Translations under genes and position numbers: made by a program | Shown: positions 1-9,267 of the stretch, piece by piece | How the letters are laid out: each line of letters begins with the position of its first letter | How positions within the stretch are numbered: position 1 is the first letter of the stretch | Source: Dehalococcoidia bacterium | GTDB taxonomy: Bacteria > Chloroflexota > Dehalococcoidia > Lucifugimonadales > UBA3495 | Direction of reading: 5' to 3' | NCBI GenBank assembly: GCA_965220245.1 | Contig: CBDCPI010000008.1 | Span: forward strand, 198,412-262,411 | DNA: 64,000 bases | The notes under the pieces: model-generated | What the model was told of the DNA's origin: nothing | Databases searched by the model: none | Seen by the model: only the letters and a program-made list of their open reading frames with translations

Positions 1-22
1 CGCGCTCTTTGAGTGTAAGAAA

Positions 23-886
23 ATGCCCAGCGTTAGGGACATAAGGCGCCGCATCCGCAGCGTGCAAAACACCGGCAAAGTCACCAATGCCATGTCGCTA
101 ATTGCCGCGTCCAAGATGCGGCGGGCGCAGATGGCAGTGACCCAAGGGCGGCCCTTCGCCGAGAAGATCCAGGAGGTCATAGCCCACTTGGCGGCTCAAC
201 CCGGCGAAGAAGGCGCGGCTCCCCACGCGCTATTGCAGGAGCGGTCCGTGCAGCGCATAGGAGTTCTGGTGATCAGCCCGGACCGGGGTTTGTGCGGCGG
301 AATGCACGCCAACCTCAACCGGCGGGTGGCCCAGTTTATCTTGGACCAACAGGCGCCCGCCCGCGTAATTGTCGTTGGGCGTAAGGGCCGCGATTTTATG
401 GTCCGCTACGGGCAGGACGTGAAGGCGGTGTTCACCGACATGGGCGAGCAGCCGGTCTTGGCCGACACCACGGCCGTTTCGCGCATGGTCATCGATTCTT
501 ACACCGAAGAGGACGTGGACGAAGTGTACTTGGCTTACACCAGGTACGTGTCCATCCTTTCCCAGCAACCGGCGGTGGAGAAGCTCTTGCCGGTGACTCC
601 GGCGGCGCTGACGGCGGGAGAGCGGGTAGGCTATATCTACGAGCCGGACAACCTGGCGGTGTTAGGCAGCCTGCTGCCCAGGTTTGTGGAGATGGAAGTT
701 TACCACGCTTTGCTGGAGTCCATCGCCAGCGAGCAGTCGGCCCGCATGGTGGCCATGCGCAGCGCCACTGACAACGCCAATGGCTTGGTGGACGATCTGA
801 CTCTGGTGATGAATAAACTCCGCCAAGACAGCATTACCAACGAATTGCTGGACTTAGTGGGCGGGCAAGTAGCTCTGGAAGGCTGA
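23..886 (+). CDS. atpG: F0F1 ATP synthase subunit gamma
   Basis: 287-aa ORF. It has the conserved gamma termini MPSVRDIRRRIRSVQNTGKVTNAM... and ...NKLRQDSITNELLDLVGG. It lies upstream of atpD-atpC. Confidence 0.95.
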   Translation: MPSVRDIRRRIRSVQNTGKVTNAMSLIAASKMRRAQMAVTQGRPFAEKIQEVIAHLAAQPGEEGAAPHALLQERSVQRIGVLVISPDRGLCGGMHANLNRRVAQFILDQQAPARVIVVGRKGRDFMVRYGQDVKAVFTDMGEQPVLADTTAVSRMVIDSYTEEDVDEVYLAYTRYVSILSQQPAVEKLLPVTPAALTAGERVGYIYEPDNLAVLGSLLPRFVEMEVYHALLESIASEQSARMVAMRSATDNANGLVDDLTLVMNKLRQDSITNELLDLVGGQVALEG

Positions 887-920
887 GGCTGACACGGGAC
901 TTATCATCAAAAACTACACT

Positions 921-1268
921 GTGACCGGCGACAAGGACAGCGTCACGGTTCGAGCATTGCTCGACACCGGGGCCGGAGCTTCGTTCCTACGGAAGGACAT
1001 TGCCGAACGAGTAGGGACGGTTGTGGCGACCCCCACGCCGCAGCGCTTTACCCTGGCCGACGGGAAAGGGACTCTCACGGTGGACCAAGTTATTCATCTT
1101 GACGTTGCAATAGGCGACGTGTCGCTATTCTTCACCTTCCTGGTGATTGAGGAACTAGGCGAAGAGATGATTATCGGCGCCGACATGATGCAGCGCTGGA
1201 AGATTCGGCTTGACCCCGAGAAAGAGGCCGTTTCTATCGACCCGATTGCCCTCCGGCTGAGGGTTTAG
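921..1268 (+). CDS. retropepsin-like (clan AA) aspartic protease domain protein
   Basis: 115-aa ORF with the signature LLDTGAGASF and a later hydrophobic-Gly motif MIIGADMM. It starts with GTG. The frame is open from 873, so the start is uncertain. It is co-oriented between atpG and atpD. Confidence 0.6.
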   Translation: MTGDKDSVTVRALLDTGAGASFLRKDIAERVGTVVATPTPQRFTLADGKGTLTVDQVIHLDVAIGDVSLFFTFLVIEELGEEMIIGADMMQRWKIRLDPEKEAVSIDPIALRLRV

Positions 1269-1291
1269 AATAACATAGAGGTACGCCCTAA

Positions 1292-2704
<1,413 letters not shown>

Positions 2705-2715
2705 AGGACTAAGCT

Positions 2716-3177
2716 ATGGCGCCGATGTTGCTGGAAATCATTACCGCCGAAAACCAAGTATACGGTGACGACGTCGACTTGATCGTAGCCCCGGGGATAG
2801 ATGGGCAGTTGGGGATTCTGCCACACCATGCGCCGTTGATGACCATGCTGCAACCGGGTGAGATACTGGTGCGCAAGGACGGCGAAGACACCTACTTGGC
2901 CGTTACCGGCGGCTTCATGGAAGTCATCAGCAACAAAGTAACAATTTTGGCGGATGCATGCGAGCGGTCGGAGGAAATCGACGAGTCTAGGGCCCAAGCG
3001 GCGGTGGAGCGGGCCCGAGAGCGCCTTGCCAGCCAAACCAGCGATATGCAGTTGGAGCGCGCCCTTGGCTCCATGCGGCGGGCCCAAGTGCGTCTTAACG
3101 TGGTCCGGCGGCGGCGGGCCAGGGGAGGCGCTATCTCGCCCGGGACCGGAGACTCGGGACCAAGCGGGGGCGCTTGA
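2716..3177 (+). CDS. atpC: F0F1 ATP synthase subunit epsilon with basic/Gly-rich C-terminal extension
   Basis: 153-aa ORF directly after atpD. The N-terminal beta-sandwich region LEIITAENQVY...GILPHHAPLMT is typical of epsilon. Confidence 0.9.
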   Translation: MAPMLLEIITAENQVYGDDVDLIVAPGIDGQLGILPHHAPLMTMLQPGEILVRKDGEDTYLAVTGGFMEVISNKVTILADACERSEEIDESRAQAAVERARERLASQTSDMQLERALGSMRRAQVRLNVVRRRRARGGAISPGTGDSGPSGGA

Positions 3178-3200
3178 CGCCCGGTAATAGCGCCTGAGCT

Positions 3201-3860
3201 TCAGTCATTGGACTCGCCCAAGTAGTAAGTCATCGACTGAAGGGCGATCACCGGATCGATGTTTCGGATTCTGACTCCCTCTTGGACTTGGGGTGAAGTC
3301 GGCGCGTAGTTGAGAATCGCCCTTACCCCGCATTGCACCAAGCGGTCAATCACTTCTTGGGCGTACACCACCGGCACTGCCACAATGGCGATGCTAATCT
3401 GATTCTTGGTGACTACATGGCCCATCTTTTCCATGGACTGAATGGTCAAGTCCCCAACCTGTTGGCCAACTAGGTCGGTGTTGGCGTCGAAAGCCGCCAC
3501 CAAGTGAAAGCCGTCGGGAGTGAATCCAGGATAGCTGAGGATTGCCCGGCCCAACCGGCCAACGCCGATCACTGCCACGTTCCAATAGGAGTTGAGCCCT
3601 AGGATTTCCCTCAAACGGTCGTGCAGGTGGCGAACGCTGTACCCTCGGCCTTGCTTCCCGAACCGCCCAAAATAGCTCAGGTCCTTTCTGATTTGAGCGG
3701 GGGTGACTTGCAGTTTTCCCCCCAATTGCTGGGAGCTGACTACCTCGGCGCCCTCTTCCAATAGGAGGCTGAGGATGCGGACGTACTGGGGCAAGCGCGC
3801 GACCACTACCTCAGGCACATCGGACCGAGACTCGGGCGCAGATTGGGGACTTGCCGCCAT
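3201..3860 (-). CDS. rex: redox-sensing transcriptional repressor Rex
   Basis: Motifs RLPQYVRILSLL, IRKDLSYFGRFGKQGRGY and the Rossmann segment VAVIGVGRLGRAI. I set the start to Met24 of the 242-aa track ORF; the longer start at 3929 is possible. Confidence 0.85.
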   Translation of the reverse strand: MAASPQSAPESRSDVPEVVVARLPQYVRILSLLLEEGAEVVSSQQLGGKLQVTPAQIRKDLSYFGRFGKQGRGYSVRHLHDRLREILGLNSYWNVAVIGVGRLGRAILSYPGFTPDGFHLVAAFDANTDLVGQQVGDLTIQSMEKMGHVVTKNQISIAIVAVPVVYAQEVIDRLVQCGVRAILNYAPTSPQVQEGVRIRNIDPVIALQSMTYYLGESND

Positions 3861-4076
3861 GATCGTAGGCGCTCCTTCAATCCCTAAGCCAAGGCGAGTT
3901 ATCGGCCCCATACCGGCGGAATCAAGCAAACCACCTTATAGGACTACAAATAGCCTATAGCCGACCCATTCCGCCTATAATCTATAATGACATTTTAGAT
4001 GCCGTCAAGGTATTTGTGAAAATTGGTGCGAATCACGCCGGATTGTAGCGGGTCAGGTTAGTCTAGGAGGTGGGTA

Positions 4077-4370
4077 TTGCACATTGGGGTATGCACACTG
4101 CACGCTCATCTGCCCGGGGCCGGCAGCCTAAAAGCCAAACGCCAAGTGGCGCGGTCGTTGACCGCTCGGCTGAGAAACCAATTCAACGTGGCAGTGGCGG
4201 AAGTGGATGACAACGACCTGTGGCAACGCCTCACCATCGGGGTGTGCTGCGTCAGCAACGATTCTTCCCACGCCGACCAAATGCTCTCCCGAGTGGTGTC
4301 CTTCGTCGAGACTTTCCGCAGTGACCTGGTACTGCTGGACTACGAGACCGAGATCATATCGGGAGTGTAG
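4077..4370 (+). CDS. DUF503 (YlxP-like) protein
   Basis: 97-aa ORF. The pattern GSLKAKRQVARSL..RLRNQFNVAVAEVDDNDLWQRLTIGV matches the DUF503 family. Confidence 0.7.
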   Translation: MHIGVCTLHAHLPGAGSLKAKRQVARSLTARLRNQFNVAVAEVDDNDLWQRLTIGVCCVSNDSSHADQMLSRVVSFVETFRSDLVLLDYETEIISGV

Positions 4371-4446
4371 CCTGCGGTTAGGTCGCCAGCGGGGGCAATG
4401 TCTTGCATGGATTAGGCAGTATTGACATTTCATTCGGCAGCGGCGC

Positions 4447-4785
4447 TTAGCTCTCCGCTATGGCCGGTACGCCGTCGGCGTTGGTCTCTATCGGCCGCAC
4501 CCGTACTACAGACGCGGTGTTTAACGGGCCGTAAATGTGGGGGTAGACCTCGCCGGAGCGGCTGGCCTCGCGTTGGACCGGCGAGTCTAGGTCCTCGGTG
4601 TCCACATCCAGCAGCATCAGGTCGCTTCGTCCGGCGTATAAGCGCGTCACCACCCGGAGGGCCTGTTCTTCATTCCCGGAGCAGTGGATGAATCCTTCCG
4701 CCACCAGACTCTCGGGCCTTAACTCGCCCGCCGCTTTGGCTCGCTCCCAGTCGGAGGCCCCGGTCAAGTGATAGATGATGGACAT
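4447..4785 (-). CDS. DUF952 protein
   Basis: 112-aa ORF with IYHLT..W......G......SL..EGFIHCS...Q and C-terminal YPHIYGPLN. Confidence 0.7.
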   Translation of the reverse strand: MSIIYHLTGASDWERAKAAGELRPESLVAEGFIHCSGNEEQALRVVTRLYAGRSDLMLLDVDTEDLDSPVQREASRSGEVYPHIYGPLNTASVVRVRPIETNADGVPAIAES

Positions 4786-4912
4786 AAGCTCTTGCTCCCG
4801 GAGTAAACTCTCTTATTCCCAATTGTCCAAGGGGCGAGCCGATGTTAGGATTGGTAGCGCCGAATTCAGGCAGTCCCTTCGACAAACTCAGGACAGGCAA
4901 GGAGCGGCTAAC

Positions 4913-5593
4913 ATGCAGGGAGAACGCCACCAGGGAAATGGACTCCAGTACTTGACCGTGACTCCGGATGATTACGCGCCGGAGAAGCCCTACCCTTTGG
5001 TTATCATGCTCCACGGGTTTGGGGCCAACATGCAAGACTTGGCCGGTCTGGCGCCGGTAATCAACCGCACCGGCTACGTCTATGCTTTCCCCAACGCGCC
5101 CATCGCTTTCAACTTGGGCTTGGGCCACGCCGGTTACGGCTGGACGTCTCCCCGAGGCGAAGCCTCCGCCGAAGAGTTCCACAACGCCGAGAGTCTGTTG
5201 AGCGCGTTCTTCGATGAGGCATTCGCCCAGTTTCAGGTGCCCCCCGGCCAGTCCCTGCTGCTGGGATTCTCCCAAGGCGGCGGGATGACCTACCGCTGCG
5301 GCCTTAGCCGCCCCGACACCTTCGCCGGGCTAGTCGCCTTAAGCGCCTCCTTGCCCGACCCTAAAGTCTTGGAGGAGCGGCTGCCCCAGGAGCGGACTCA
5401 GCCCATATTCATCGCCCACGGGCTTTCCGACCCTTTGATTTCCGCCGAGACCGCTCAGAACGCTCGCAAGTTTTTGACTCAAGCCGGGTACACCCCCGAA
5501 TACCACGAGTACAACATGGCCCACGAGATCAGCAGCGAGGTAATCAGCGACTTGACGCCCTGGATGGAGAAGGTCTTGCCTCCGCTGACCTAG
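4913..5593 (+). CDS. phospholipase/carboxylesterase-family alpha/beta hydrolase
   Basis: Nucleophile elbow GFSQGG and C-terminal HGLSDP...H. I moved the start to ATG 4913, which is preceded by GGAG. The longer track start at 4775 overlaps DUF952. Confidence 0.8.
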   Translation: MQGERHQGNGLQYLTVTPDDYAPEKPYPLVIMLHGFGANMQDLAGLAPVINRTGYVYAFPNAPIAFNLGLGHAGYGWTSPRGEASAEEFHNAESLLSAFFDEAFAQFQVPPGQSLLLGFSQGGGMTYRCGLSRPDTFAGLVALSASLPDPKVLEERLPQERTQPIFIAHGLSDPLISAETAQNARKFLTQAGYTPEYHEYNMAHEISSEVISDLTPWMEKVLPPLT

Positions 5594-5636
5594 CAGGGAG
5601 CGCCTTTTCTAACTGGCGATCCAGAGACACCAATAA

Positions 5637-6053
5637 TTAATCGTCGTCCTTCCAATTCGAGACCCGGGCCACTCGAATTTCCAGAAGCACCAGCCGGTCG
5701 CCGGCAAGCATCTCCTCGGCGAAAACCCTCCCCCGTTCCGGCCCCTCATAGCGGGTACAAATGCGCTCCACGATCTCCGGCAAGTCCTGCTTCGTGGTCT
5801 CGGCCTCACCCTGCAACACCACGTATTTGAACGGCCGTTGGTCGGTGGCGATAGACAAGGCGACCTGGGGATTTTGACGCAGGTTCTTTACTTTCACCGC
5901 CCCGGCGTCGGCCATGACGAAGGCCCGGCCCTCTTCCTCCATAAACCAGACCGGGGCTACGTGAGGCCGCCCATCGGGACGGACGGTGACCATGTGGGCT
6001 ACATGCACCTCCCGTAGATATTCGTCTATTTCCTGCTGGCTTAGGCTAGGCAT
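5637..6053 (-). CDS. pyridoxamine 5'-phosphate oxidase-family (PPOX-class, possibly F420-dependent) protein
   Basis: 138-aa ORF with a typical split-barrel N-terminus: L..EIDEYLREVHVAHMVTVRPDGRPHVAPVWF. GGAGG lies 8 nt upstream of the start. Confidence 0.8.
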   Translation of the reverse strand: MPSLSQQEIDEYLREVHVAHMVTVRPDGRPHVAPVWFMEEEGRAFVMADAGAVKVKNLRQNPQVALSIATDQRPFKYVVLQGEAETTKQDLPEIVERICTRYEGPERGRVFAEEMLAGDRLVLLEIRVARVSNWKDDD

Positions 6054-6354
6054 AGAAGTACCTCCGTATTGGACCGAATGCCCCGGTTGGCGCTCCTAGT
6101 TGATATGCTATAGGATCATCCCCCGGCGCGGTCCGGATGGCCGCCGCCATCCTGGCTTGTTCGCCGGGGATGTCCTCAGGCTGTACCGGGATGGGCAGCG
6201 CCGCCAGTAACTCCAACACCGTGCCTTCCAACACTGATTGCTCCTCTTGGGTAAAACCGGCCCGGTGGCCGATGTCCCCTGGACTGTAAAGCACCGCTTG
6301 TCGGAACCCGTAATCGGCCACCGCCCGGTTGGCAATGCTTATTAGTCTATCCAT
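6046..6354 (-). CDS. small hypothetical protein (weak NHLP/Nif11-leader-like N-terminus)
   Basis: 102 aa counted from Met35 of the track ORF. The longer form would overlap the SDR gene. Its stop overlaps the PPOX start by 8 nt (ATGCCTAG), which suggests translational coupling. Confidence 0.4.
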   Translation of the reverse strand: MDRLISIANRAVADYGFRQAVLYSPGDIGHRAGFTQEEQSVLEGTVLELLAALPIPVQPEDIPGEQARMAAAIRTAPGDDPIAYQLGAPTGAFGPIRRYFYA

Positions 6355-6374
6355 AAATGAGTGCCCCCGGACCG

Positions 6375-7139
6375 CTATTCGGCCCCGGCCCAAGCGCCGC
6401 CGTCGATAATGTAGTTGATGCCGCTCACATAGGAGGCTTCGTCGGAAGATAACCAAGTTATCAGGTTGGCGATTTCCTCGGGCCGCCCCACCCGGCCCAG
6501 CGGGTGCTCTTCGTTCCGTTCCCGAAAAGTCTGGGCGCTAGCCGTGCTACCTCGCATCTGGGGCGTGTCGACACCGCCCGGCGATATGCAATTGACTCGC
6601 ACACCTTGGGTCGAGTATTGCGCCGCCGCCACCTTGGTAAGGTGGATCACCCCGGCTTTACTCACTGCGTAGGGCACCGAGTAAGCGACGCCCCGGACGC
6701 CGGACATGGATGCTATGTTTACAATGGAACCTGCGCCTTGGGACAGCATGGGCGGTATGGCGTACTTGCAGCAGAGGAACAGGCCCTTGATGTTAGTGTC
6801 CATGGTCAGGTCCCAGTCCAGCTCCTCCACCTCAACCAATGGCGGGGTGCGGACCAGGATTGCCGCTCCGTTGACCAGCACGTCCAACTTGCCAAACCGG
6901 GAGACCATCTCCGATACCAGCGCCTCAACTTGATCGGCCTTGGAAATGTCCACCGAAATTGCCGCCGAGTCGCGGTCGGTCCCTTCCATTAGCTGGCAAG
7001 TCTCTTCCGCCCCGGCCCGGTTCCGGTCGGCAACCACCACCCGGGCCCCTTCCTGAAAGAAACGTTGGCAGGTGGCCCGGCCAATGCCGGAAGCACCCCC
7101 GGTTACAATCGCCACTTTATTTTCCAGTCTGCCAGCCAT
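6375..7139 (-). CDS. SDR-family oxidoreductase (3-oxoacyl-ACP reductase-like)
   Basis: 254 aa with TGGASGIGRA cofactor motif, NGAA, and catalytic YAVSKAG. Confidence 0.9.
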   Translation of the reverse strand: MAGRLENKVAIVTGGASGIGRATCQRFFQEGARVVVADRNRAGAEETCQLMEGTDRDSAAISVDISKADQVEALVSEMVSRFGKLDVLVNGAAILVRTPPLVEVEELDWDLTMDTNIKGLFLCCKYAIPPMLSQGAGSIVNIASMSGVRGVAYSVPYAVSKAGVIHLTKVAAAQYSTQGVRVNCISPGGVDTPQMRGSTASAQTFRERNEEHPLGRVGRPEEIANLITWLSSDEASYVSGINYIIDGGAWAGAE

Positions 7140-7154
7140 AGGCCGATCCTCAAG

Positions 7155-7308
7155 CTAAACTAAAGCCAAGGTGAAATGTACATATCGCCAGAACGCCCTG
7201 TCGGTGCCCACCAGGTTGGGGCCTAAGGGTGATATGAGGTGCCGTAGAGTCCTTTCGATCCTCGTCAAAACCCCCGAAATGCACATCCCACTTTGGTATT
7301 GGTTTAGT
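7155..7308. repeat. 154-bp MITE-like repeat, copy A (copy B at 53136-53289)
   Basis: 153/154 nt are identical to 53136-53289 in the same orientation. It has imperfect terminal inverted repeats CTAAACTAAAGCCAAGGTG / CACTTTGGTATTGGTTTAG. Confidence 0.85.
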
Positions 7309-7384
7309 CTTCCCGCCTTTTCCGGTCCGGCGCAATTATAGCACGGGCAGCCGCGCTTTGGCTGGCTGCTCCTGGCGCCGGGGT

Positions 7385-7628
7385 CTTTTCATTGTCACCC
7401 CGTCACCCCGTCACCCCGTCACCCCGTCACCCCGTCACCCCGTCACCCCGTCACCCCGTCACCCCGTCACCCCGTCACCCCGTCACCCCGTCACCCCGTC
7501 ACCCCGAACGCAGTGAGGGGTCTAAGATTCCTCTGGAAAGGCGAAGTTGGCCCCAGCAAGAATTTTAGATTCCTCCACGCTGCTCGGAATGACAGAAAGG
7601 AGGCTCCAAATGAGAATGAAAAGGCCCT
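7385..7628. repeat. MITE-like element (family 2) carrying an expanded 8-mer array
   Basis: It aligns end to end with 27420-27558 apart from 13 extra GTCACCCC units. Terminal inverted repeats are CTTTTCATTGTC / GAGAATGAAAAGG. Confidence 0.8.
7394..7505. repeat. perfect tandem repeat (GTCACCCC)x14
   Basis: I counted 112 nt of uninterrupted 8-nt units. The minus strand reads (GGGGTGAC)14. Confidence 0.95.
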
Positions 7629-7744
7629 GCGGTAGCGCGCCTTCCCCTTGCGCCGCCTTGGGCCCCAAGTTATTATCCTAAGCGCCCCGGTTTCGAGCCA
7701 TTTCCGTCCCGATAGCAGCGGCAGCAACCAAGAGGCAGCAATAG

Positions 7745-8866
7745 TTGGCCGACGAAAACTTCCAAACAGCCCTTTATGACACCCATATTGAGTCCGGGGC
7801 CCGCATGGTGCCCTTTGGCGGCTGGGACATGCCGGTCCAGTACTCGGGCATTCTGGCCGAGGTCAAGGCGGTACGCACCGCCACCGGCGTCTTCGACGTT
7901 TCGCACATGGGCCGGCTGTACATTTCCGGGGACCGGGCCACCGAATTTTTGGATTGGGTCTTGACCGGCTCGGCCGAGAGCCTGCGGGTGGGCCGGGCCC
8001 GGTATTGCCTGATTTGCAACGAGGCCGGGGGCGTCATCGACGACACGATTTTCTATCGCTTGGCCGAGGACCAATATCTGCTGATACCGAACGCCGGTAA
8101 CCGTGAGGCGGTGGTCGAGTGGTTTGAACGCTGGGTCCGGGAAAGGTTCACCGGCGGGTGCAACATCGAGGACCGTACCCGGAGCACCTCGTTGATTGCC
8201 GTGCAAGGCCCTAGCGCCGCCGGGATAATGGACCAGCTATGCCGGTTGGATAGCAACAGCCCCCCATCCAGCCTCCGGCCCTTCGCTTGGGGCGCGGCCA
8301 CCATGGAAATGACCGGGGAGGGTAAGCCGGTCTTCGTCGGCCGCACCGGCTACACCGGGGAGGACGGCTTTGAAATAATCGTGGACAATGACCAAGCAAA
8401 GTTTGCTTGGCAAGCCGTCTTGGGCTTGGGGGCCGTGCCTTGCGGGCTGGGAGCCCGGGACGTGCTTCGCTTGGAAGCCGGGCTCCCCCTTCACGGCCAC
8501 GAGATAGATGAACAGACCAGTCCGATTGCGGCCGGGTTGGAGCGCTTTGTCCGTTTCGACAAAGACTACGTCGGCGCGCCGGCGCTGCGACAACAGCACG
8601 AGCAAGGCGGGGCGCAGGTCTTGGTAGGTCTAAAAGCGGCGGGGCGAAGTGCCCCCCGGCAGGGTTACCCGGTCCTGTACCAGGGAGAAGAAATCGGCCG
8701 CATCACCAGCGGCAGCTACTCTCCCACTCTTGACACCAGCATCGCCATGGGCTACGTTTCGGTGCGTTATAGCACACCCGGCGGAATTCTGGACGTGGAC
8801 GTGCGGGGACGAGTCGTCGAAGCTGAGGTGACGCCTCTGCCCTTTTATACCAGGCCTGGGAGGTAG
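7745..8866 (+). CDS. gcvT: glycine cleavage system aminomethyltransferase (T protein)
   Basis: 373 aa with GARMVPFGGWDMPVQY and FDVSHMG. It is followed by gcvH and gcvP. The track start is TTG. Confidence 0.93.
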   Translation: MADENFQTALYDTHIESGARMVPFGGWDMPVQYSGILAEVKAVRTATGVFDVSHMGRLYISGDRATEFLDWVLTGSAESLRVGRARYCLICNEAGGVIDDTIFYRLAEDQYLLIPNAGNREAVVEWFERWVRERFTGGCNIEDRTRSTSLIAVQGPSAAGIMDQLCRLDSNSPPSSLRPFAWGAATMEMTGEGKPVFVGRTGYTGEDGFEIIVDNDQAKFAWQAVLGLGAVPCGLGARDVLRLEAGLPLHGHEIDEQTSPIAAGLERFVRFDKDYVGAPALRQQHEQGGAQVLVGLKAAGRSAPRQGYPVLYQGEEIGRITSGSYSPTLDTSIAMGYVSVRYSTPGGILDVDVRGRVVEAEVTPLPFYTRPGR

Positions 8867-8874
8867 GAAGCGCG

Positions 8875-9267
8875 TTGAATCCCAACGACCGCAAATATAG
8901 CCGGGAGCACGAGTGGGTCAAGGTGGAAGACCCCGATTCCGGCCGCGCTGTGGCTGGAATCACTCACTACGCCCAGGACCAGTTGGGCGACATCGTCTTC
9001 GTTGAGTTGCCCAAGCTCGGCTCCACGGTCAGCCACATGGGAAAGATGGGAGAAATCGAGTCGGTGAAGTCGGTTTCGGACCTGTTCTCCCCGGTAAGCG
9101 GTGAGGTCATTGCCGTCAACGAAGACCTAATCGAACACCCCGAGCTAGCCAACGAAGACCCCTTTGGCGAGGGTTGGTTGATTCGCATTAGCATGACCGA
9201 CACTTCCGAGCTTGACGCTCTCCTCACCGCCGAAGAGTACGAGGCATTGACCGGCGAGGATTCATGA
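8875..9267 (+). CDS. gcvH: glycine cleavage system H protein
   Basis: 130 aa with the lipoyl-lysine motif GEIESVKSVSDLFSP. Confidence 0.93.
   Translation: MNPNDRKYSREHEWVKVEDPDSGRAVAGITHYAQDQLGDIVFVELPKLGSTVSHMGKMGEIESVKSVSDLFSPVSGEVIAVNEDLIEHPELANEDPFGEGWLIRISMTDTSELDALLTAEEYEALTGEDS

Noticed and set aside
4014-4037. A Rex operator was considered in the rex/DUF503 divergent region (TTGTGAAAATTGGTGCGAATCACG).
   Set aside because: Only one good half-site (TTGTGAA) is present. The second half matches TTCACAA poorly and the spacing is too long. Tandem TATAAT hexamers at 3976-3988 are promoter-like, but I cannot assign them to a gene.
6046-6456. The 136-aa version of the small ORF between the SDR and PPOX genes.
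   Set aside because: The first 34 codons overlap the 3' end of the SDR gene and are Arg-rich. The internal Met35 gives a non-overlapping 102-aa product.
7150-7335. Short ORFs inside both copies of the 154-bp repeat (also 52966-53265). They share the peptide HFGGFDEDRKDSTAPHITLRPQPGGHRQGVLAICTFHLGFSL, so a small conserved protein is possible.
   Set aside because: The start and stop positions differ between the two copies. The second ORF runs antisense into the rhodanese 3' end. The element has inverted termini typical of non-coding MITEs. This is not fully excluded without comparative data.
7394-7505. A CRISPR array was considered for this 8-mer array and for the 13-mer array at 55332-55396.
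   Set aside because: The units are directly adjacent with no spacers and are far shorter than CRISPR repeats. No cas genes are present in the window.
7629-7744. A glycine riboswitch was expected upstream of gcvT.
   Set aside because: I could not find the conserved glycine-aptamer core elements (GGAGAG...CACCG / CTCTGGAGAG-type segments) in the 116-nt leader. A covariance-model scan would be needed to be sure.
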